Origin: Octopus bimaculoides
Taxonomy: Eukaryota
NCBI RefSeq assembly: GCF_001194135.2
Contig: NC_068981.1
Span: 40,126,853 to 40,168,620 of the forward strand
Direction: 5' to 3'
DNA: 41,768 nt
The notes beneath the pieces were generated by a model. It was given only the letters and a program-made list of their open reading frames with translations. It ran no database searches and was not told the DNA's origin. Position numbers and translations under genes: made by a program. Positions within the stretch are counted from its first letter, which is position 1. Each line of letters opens with the position of its first letter. This document shows, piece after piece, positions 35,031 to 41,768 of this stretch.

Positions 35031-38000
35031 AAAGATCGATAACCTAGTAGTTATCTAAAATAGTTATGAAAATTGGTAGATTTGATTTAGTATATTTTAA
35101 TTGTCGTTAACCTGTATTTGTTTGAGAATATTTAAATGACATAGACTTAATTTACTGTCGTTTCTTTTAAAAGGTATATTTGAGCTTATTTTGCGTATGA
35201 GGCTTCCTTTTTGACTAATCACAAAAGTATTAGGAAAACTTGTAAACGGTTTATTGTGATATCTGTGCTAGTATATCTAATATTATCACCAAAAGGAATC
35301 TGTACCACAAGAAATTGTGAATACAGTATAAAGAAGATAAAACAGACCCCATAAATTTACAGTTAACCTATATATACTCTTCAAAACCTTGAATTATCGC
35401 TGAAGCTACCATTTTCGAATTTTATGTGTTTTATTTGCAACTTTGTATTCAGAAAATTGGAGGTAAAATATCGTGAATAACTCCAAATAGTCTTTATAAT
35501 TACCCCACGTTATCTTAATAAACTTTTGATTTCTGCTATTTTGTTTCTTTGCCGTATATACATGATTCTTTTATTATCTGACACTTAGACACAGTCTAGA
35601 AAGAAAAAAATAAACTCATAGAAATATTAAAATACAAAAGGTGAAAGAAGAGAACAAAGGCGAAATCGTGAGATATTTTATGCAATAGCTAATGGCAACT
35701 AAATTATAGGTCATGTTTGTCAGGTAAAAGAATAATAGATTGTTAAAATTGACGGTCTGATGAAACCGCCACCTTGTCTAGTTTTGAATTAACCATTTTA
35801 TTCTCGTTATCTTTGTGATTCTACAAGACTATATTTGTGAATATCTGATTCAACCAACTGATTCTTTTATAAAATAACATTGTTTCTTTATTAGTTTTAT
35901 TGGTGTTGCTTTAAATCAATTCAGAGAATTTACCCCATTGCACGATGCATCTGATAGTGTTTCCAAAAGTTTCCTGCTAAATAAGCAAGTCTATATTAAC
36001 CAAAACTTTCGAAACACAGTTCTGCTGCTAATCCTGTGGTTTTTGCTTTTTATTATTACAAAATTGGTTCCCCGTTCTTGCGAGAAAATTTATTCTGATG
36101 TACCTAAGCACTTTAACACACATCACTATCATTGTCTAATTATCACATGGCATTACGACTAATAACTTCTATATAAACATATTCTATCAGAACCAAATCA
36201 TTTATTTAGTTGTTCTTTTATACCACTATCAAGCATTCAAATTGAACATTAGCTGCACTAAGTTTATTCTGTCTTCCTACCTGCAAGAGCTAAAACACTA
36301 CAACTCACTCATAAAATGAATCAAATATCGATATGTTACTATCATTGTATATTAATTCTATTTAAAGTGTCATCACAAATATTTACTCTTAAACCACAAC
36401 TATTATACTAAATAAACCGCAGGGGTAATTCTAGGGATGTTTGAGAATAATGTTACGTTTTTAAAAGGTTGTATTTTTAAATAAAACATGAAAGAAGCTT
36501 ACTGAAAAACTCAAGAGCTATTTTAACTGAAGTGATTTTGAAATACTTTTTAATGTGTTAACAATACATACAAAAGATCAGCTTCTCAGCAATATCGTTT
36601 GACTGTTAACAGAAGAACAGAGTTGTTATTTTGTTTAAGGTATGGAGGAAGTGGGTTTGTTTAAAAGTAAAATAAATAATGCAGCTGCTTACAGATAAAC
36701 TTCCTTCTAAAATAAGACTACATTAAGAGTGATTTGAACGAAACAACAAAGGTAATATAATTGATGATAACCAAAGTTTAATCGACATTAAATCTTTAAA
36801 TATATATATATATATANNNNNNNNNNNNNNNNNNNNNNNNNNNNNNNNNNNNNNNNNNNNNNNNNNNNNNNNNNNNNNNNNNNNNNNNNNNNNNNNNNNN
36901 NNNNNNNNNNNNNNNNNNNNNNNNNNNNNNNNNNNNNNNNNNNNNNNNNNNNNNNNNNNNNNNNNNNNNNNNNNNNNNNNNNNNNNNNNNNNNNNNNNNN
37001 NNNNNNNNNNNNNNNNNNNNNNNNNNNNNNNNNNNNNNNNNNNNNNNNNNNNNNNNNNNNNNNNNNNNNNNNNNNNNNNNNNNNNNNNNNNNNNNNNNNN
37101 NNNNNNNNNNNNNNNNNNNNNNNNNNNNNNNNNNNNNNNNNNNNNNNNNNNNNNNNNNNNNNNNNNNNNNNNNNNNNNNNNNNNNNNNNNNNNNNNNNNN
37201 NNNNNNNNNNNNNNNNNNNNNNNNNNNNNNNNNNNNNNNNNNNNNNNNNNNNNNNNNNNNNNNNNNNNNNNNNNNNNNNNNNNNNNNNNNNNNNNNNNNN
37301 NNNNNNNNNNNNNNNNNNNNNNNNNNNNNNNNNNNNNNNNNNNNNNNNNNNNNNNNNNNNNNNNNNNNNNNNNNNNNNNNNNNNNNNNNNNNNNNNNNNN
37401 NATATATATATATATACAACCATACATGTATGTATACGTACAAAAATTCGATTTCGTTCGCTATCTGTAAATATCGGTTTCTTTATTTTATATGCTGTTT
37501 TCTTTCTGCTGTTTCTTACAACAGAAATAGACAACCTTCTCACATAAACTTACACATGTATGTTTCTATGTGTCTATTTTCGTGTATATTCTTTAGAGCT
37601 TTTGTGTTCACAATCAGAGAATTCGATAAACTCTGCGAATTTTCAGAACTGTCAATAGAATTCACTTAAAAAATGATTTATTTTTATATAACGCATTGCC
37701 TTGACTCATATTTCTCGTCTATTTCTGTCAGAAGGAATTTTTGAATATGCATATATGTAAAACAATGTAAAGCAGGATTACTGCAATAGACAGAAATGAA
37801 TTGAAAAGTCTCTTTCGAAATTAAACTTTCTCTCACTATTCTATGACTTCAATGAAATTCAACAAGATTCCTGCTAACGACACCAATTAACACTGCAAAT
37901 TAGCATTTGATAAATTTAATTTTAAATCAAGAAAATTCCAATGACATTATGTTCTTCAGTGCTTGGAAAAAGAATCGTTTGTGTGATGGTTGTATTTGTG

Positions 38001-38127
38001 TGAATCAAGAGATTTATTAAGTATCTCGTTGTTTTCTGAGTTCAAATCTCGTCGGTCACAAATATTCCTTTCAGCTCTCAGGGGACAAAATATTTACCAG
38101 TTAGCTCATGCGCGCAAACATAGTCAG

Positions 38128-38209
<82 letters not shown>

Positions 38210-38317
38210 TATGACAAATGAATATAGCTTTGTAATAATGTCAAAATTAGAAATCTTTATTTGTACTGACACTTCAAGAAGTTGGTAGACAGTAGAAAGT
38301 GTTGTTTGATACTTAAT

Positions 38318-38430
38318 TCCGTATTTAAATTCTGAGTTCAAATACGGTTGAAGATGGAGTAACTACCAGTCAAGTACTGAGGTCGATCTAATTACTTCTG
38401 TCCTAATTACAATTTGTGACCTAAATTGCT
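38318..38430 (+). mobile_element. Degenerate, internally deleted SINE family A fragment
   Basis: ttctgagttcaaat and taccagtcaagtactgaggtcgatctaatt match family A blocks. Confidence 0.5.
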
Positions 38431-38658
38431 TATTTCAGAAATAATAATATTTTGACTACTCGTTAGTTTAGTCTAATGATTAACTCATTAAAGCATAAAG
38501 TTTAAATTTCATTCTTCAATAAATTACATCTAATTATAATCAAAAATACTTGTTAGTAGGTACTTTTTTCACCCTGCTGCATTGAGGATACTATTCGTTG
38601 ATGATTAAAATGGATATCTTAACAGCAAAGATGTTGGTTCAAACCAATGGCACTGGCA

Positions 38659-38826
38659 CATGGTGGTATCTAAGAGATACCACCATGCTGGAAATAGCAG
38701 CCAAAACTTGACTCTAAAACCACATTAAATGTTCATACAGCATCAGGAGATAACATAAAGAGACAAAATAAACTCTCCTGAAGTATGAACATTTAATGTG
38801 GTTTTAGAGTCACGTTTTGGCTGCTA
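38659..38826. repeat. Paired inverted repeats: a 13-bp perfect hairpin (38659-38687) and a 44-bp near-perfect fold-back (38695-38738 / 38783-38826)
   Basis: The small hairpin is CATGGTGGTATCT-aag-AGATACCACCATG. The large arms match at 43 of 44 positions, with an inner 8-bp stem TCAGGAGA/TCTCCTGA. The right arm runs into the gap at 38827. Confidence 0.9.
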
Positions 38827-41725
38827 NNNNNNNNNNNNNNNNNNNNNNNNNNNNNNNNNNNNNNNNNNNNNNNNNNNNNNNNNNNNNNNNNNNNNNNNNN
38901 NNNNNNNNNNNNNNNNNNNNNNNNNNNNNNNNNNNNNNNNNNNNNNNNNNNNNNNNNNNNNNNNNNNNNNNNNNNNNNNNNNNNNNNNNNNNNNNNNNNN
39001 NNNNNNNNNNNNNNNNNNNNNNNNNNNNNNNNNNNNNNNNNNNNNNNNNNNNNNNNNNNNNNNNNNNNNNNNNNNNNNNNNNNNNNNNNNNNNNNNNNNN
39101 NNNNNNNNNNNNNNNNNNNNNNNNNNNNNNNNNNNNNNNNNNNNNNNNNNNNNNNNNNNNNNNNNNNNNNNNNNNNNNNNNNNNNNNNNNNNNNNNNNNN
39201 NNNNNNNNNNNNNNNNNNNNNNNNNNNNNNNNNNNNNNNNNNNNNNNNNNNNNNNNNNNNNNNNNNNNNNNNNNNNNNNNNNNNNNNNNNNNNNNNNNNN
39301 NNNNNNNNNNNNNNNNNNNNNNNNNNNNNNNNNNNNNNNNNNNNNNNNNNNNNNNNNNNNNNNNNNNNNNNNNNNNNNNNNNNNNNNNNNNNNNNNNNNN
39401 NNNNNNNNNNNNNNNNNNNNNNNNNNNNNNNNNNNNNNNNNNNNNNNNNNNNNNNNNNNNNNNNNNNNNNNNNNNNNNNNNNNNNNNNNNNNNNNNNNNN
39501 NNNNNNNNNNNNNNNNNNNNNNNNNNNNNNNNNNNNNNNNNNNNNNNNNNNNNNNNNNNNNNNNNNNNNNNNGTGTGTGTGTATAGCTATGCGCATATAG
39601 CTATGCGGACAATACCGGACTGACTTGGTGCCTCAACTTAAGTACCTAATTCAACTGAATCTGAATTATTTCCTTTACATATATATATATATATATATAT
39701 AAAGGCAATCTTCATATCCCAAGTTAACATGGACGTATTGTTAGAGCGCCGAATAATGCGCTATTTACCTTGAGAGGACTTCTCATGTGGACGATCACTG
39801 AGAAACGATAATCGTCCATTACGGGCACCGGAACTGCCAGATCACATGATTTCGACGTGCTCTGTCTCTTCAGTTGCAGACGTCCGGTAGCCGCATACCA
39901 GTCAGATCTCGCTTCCAGGAATATATGGAATTTCTGTTGAAATCGGTGTGATTTGACCTCATAGTGCAGGTAGTCGGAACAATTTCTGCGAAACACTGAC
40001 GACTAAGCAAAGTTATCACCTTGGCAGAAATTATATGCAATCTCAATTTAATTACGTCTTTCACGTTCTGAATTTAACAATAGTAGAATCTATCGCATCA
40101 CAGACGCTAAAGAGGAAAAGAGTGTGAGTATGTATGTGTGTCTATGTGTGCGTGTCTGTTTAATGAAATTTGGTGCTGATTTTACTATTCGATGCGATGC
40201 ATATTTAATAATCATAAATTTTGTTTTAGTTGGATTCGAAATTAACAAACTGTTTTTGGCTGAATTCATACTATGTGATTCCAAATGAATGTTAAATCTG
40301 CGCGTAAAAAGAATATTCTAGATTGAAACTTGTCTTTTAACTGGAAACGAAATAAAAACCAAGACACAATTGTTAGCACCTTTCTAAAAATTCGAACTTC
40401 ATCATCAAATAATTTATTGTATAAATACTTGATACTTATAAGTAATGTTTAAGATCCTGTTTTAAAATACTGACTTAAATATCAATTCAGATAATATTCA
40501 AGCCTAAAAGAAAGAGAAAATGAAACAGTCAGATGTGGCGGTTTAGTACTACAATATTCTATTGCCAAACGCCTCATACTGTCCCAGAATAATATATGCA
40601 GTGTCAGGAATAATGTAATAATACACTCTGAGTAATTGGATTGTCAGCAAAAAGTAAATGAGCTGGTCTCTATTTCTAAAAGTGTGATCTGACTAAAATA
40701 ATTCATTAGAAATGCAATTAGGTTTTACATTATTGGGATTTTCCCTTTTAACAATATTTTCTGGAAGATGGGAATTAGTTAATGAGATAAAACCTCATTA
40801 GAAACTTGCATAATGTTGCAGAATTGTTCCGAAAATATCTTAATATAATTAGTGCATTATATGTCCATCTTGCTATATTGCTGTTTTAATACAGGCACTT
40901 CATAGAAAATAGAATATATGTAAACATAACTAACTGTTCTTTATTTGAAGTGGCAAAAACATCTACAATTCTACAGTTTCAAGATGGTAAATATAGCGTA
41001 TAGGAAATATATTGTTTTAACAATAATCATAAAGTAAATTGATCACGCAATGAGACATAAACTCTGAGTGTTAGAGTTCATAAAGAGAACAAATATCTAC
41101 GAAAAGTAAAAAACCCGAAGATGCACGTGGACAAACAGTAAACTCATTTAGAGAATTAGCAATTTCTAAGCAGACCGTCTCGGTAAAGAACACCTAAAGT
41201 TTCTGCTTGATTTATGCGAATTTAGTTTTAGTATACATAGAAGCCATTTAAATAGAGAAAATGCAAAATCTAAAGCAATATCAAAAGAAAGACTATTACA
41301 AATTTATAGATGATATCTCAAACAAGGAAGGCGTATTTGCTGTTTAGTAAACATATTTTGAAATGCCTTTAGATGAAAGAAAGATATTTAACAAGTAGAG
41401 TTACTTTAAAGTACATTCTCAAACGCATTCTTTTAGTTTAGCAAGAGAAATATTTCACCTAATTTTAACCAAAATGTGCAAATGAATAAAAGCAAAAACA
41501 AATTTATTCTAAATATTTCCCAAGAAACGGCTTCAGTAATTTTCTGAAAGATGCCAAAGCGGATGCTACAGAAAGTCATCACTGAGGCAAGAAAACAAAC
41601 AGCTTTTCTTTTTATTGAAAATTCAATTATTCAGGATATATGTTAATGTATATATCTGATGTATATATATATCTAATGTATATAAGCTGATAGATTTCAT
41701 TTTAAATGTGAAGCGTTTTGCAAAG

Positions 41726-41768
<43 letters not shown>

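Overview
This is AT-rich, microsatellite-saturated eukaryotic genomic DNA with ten assembly gaps (3,900 N, about 9%). The SINE sequences, repeat spectrum and gap style point to a coleoid cephalopod, most likely Octopus; that is an inference from recalled repeat families, not a search. I found no host protein-coding gene, rRNA, true tRNA or CRISPR array that I can support, and almost all long ORFs in the track are microsatellite or N-gap artefacts. The window reads as intronic or intergenic DNA built from decayed mobile elements. These comprise an L1/Tx1-like RT fragment, three R4/Dong-like (restriction-like endonuclease) LINE remnants, a Penelope-like GIY-YIG element with Naiad-type Cys motifs, an RTE-like 5' UTR, a non-autonomous Helitron, three tRNA-derived SINE families (A, B, C) and a fourth repeat family (D). 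The most notable structures are a SINE whose removal restores a LINE zinc knuckle in frame, an inverted duplication of about 450-500 bp bracketing a gap that ends in a consensus splice donor, a 44-bp near-perfect fold-back beside a 13-bp perfect hairpin, a TA-flanked candidate MITE, and repeat tails and linkers that seed microsatellites. I see no convincing evidence of an intact novel multi-gene system.
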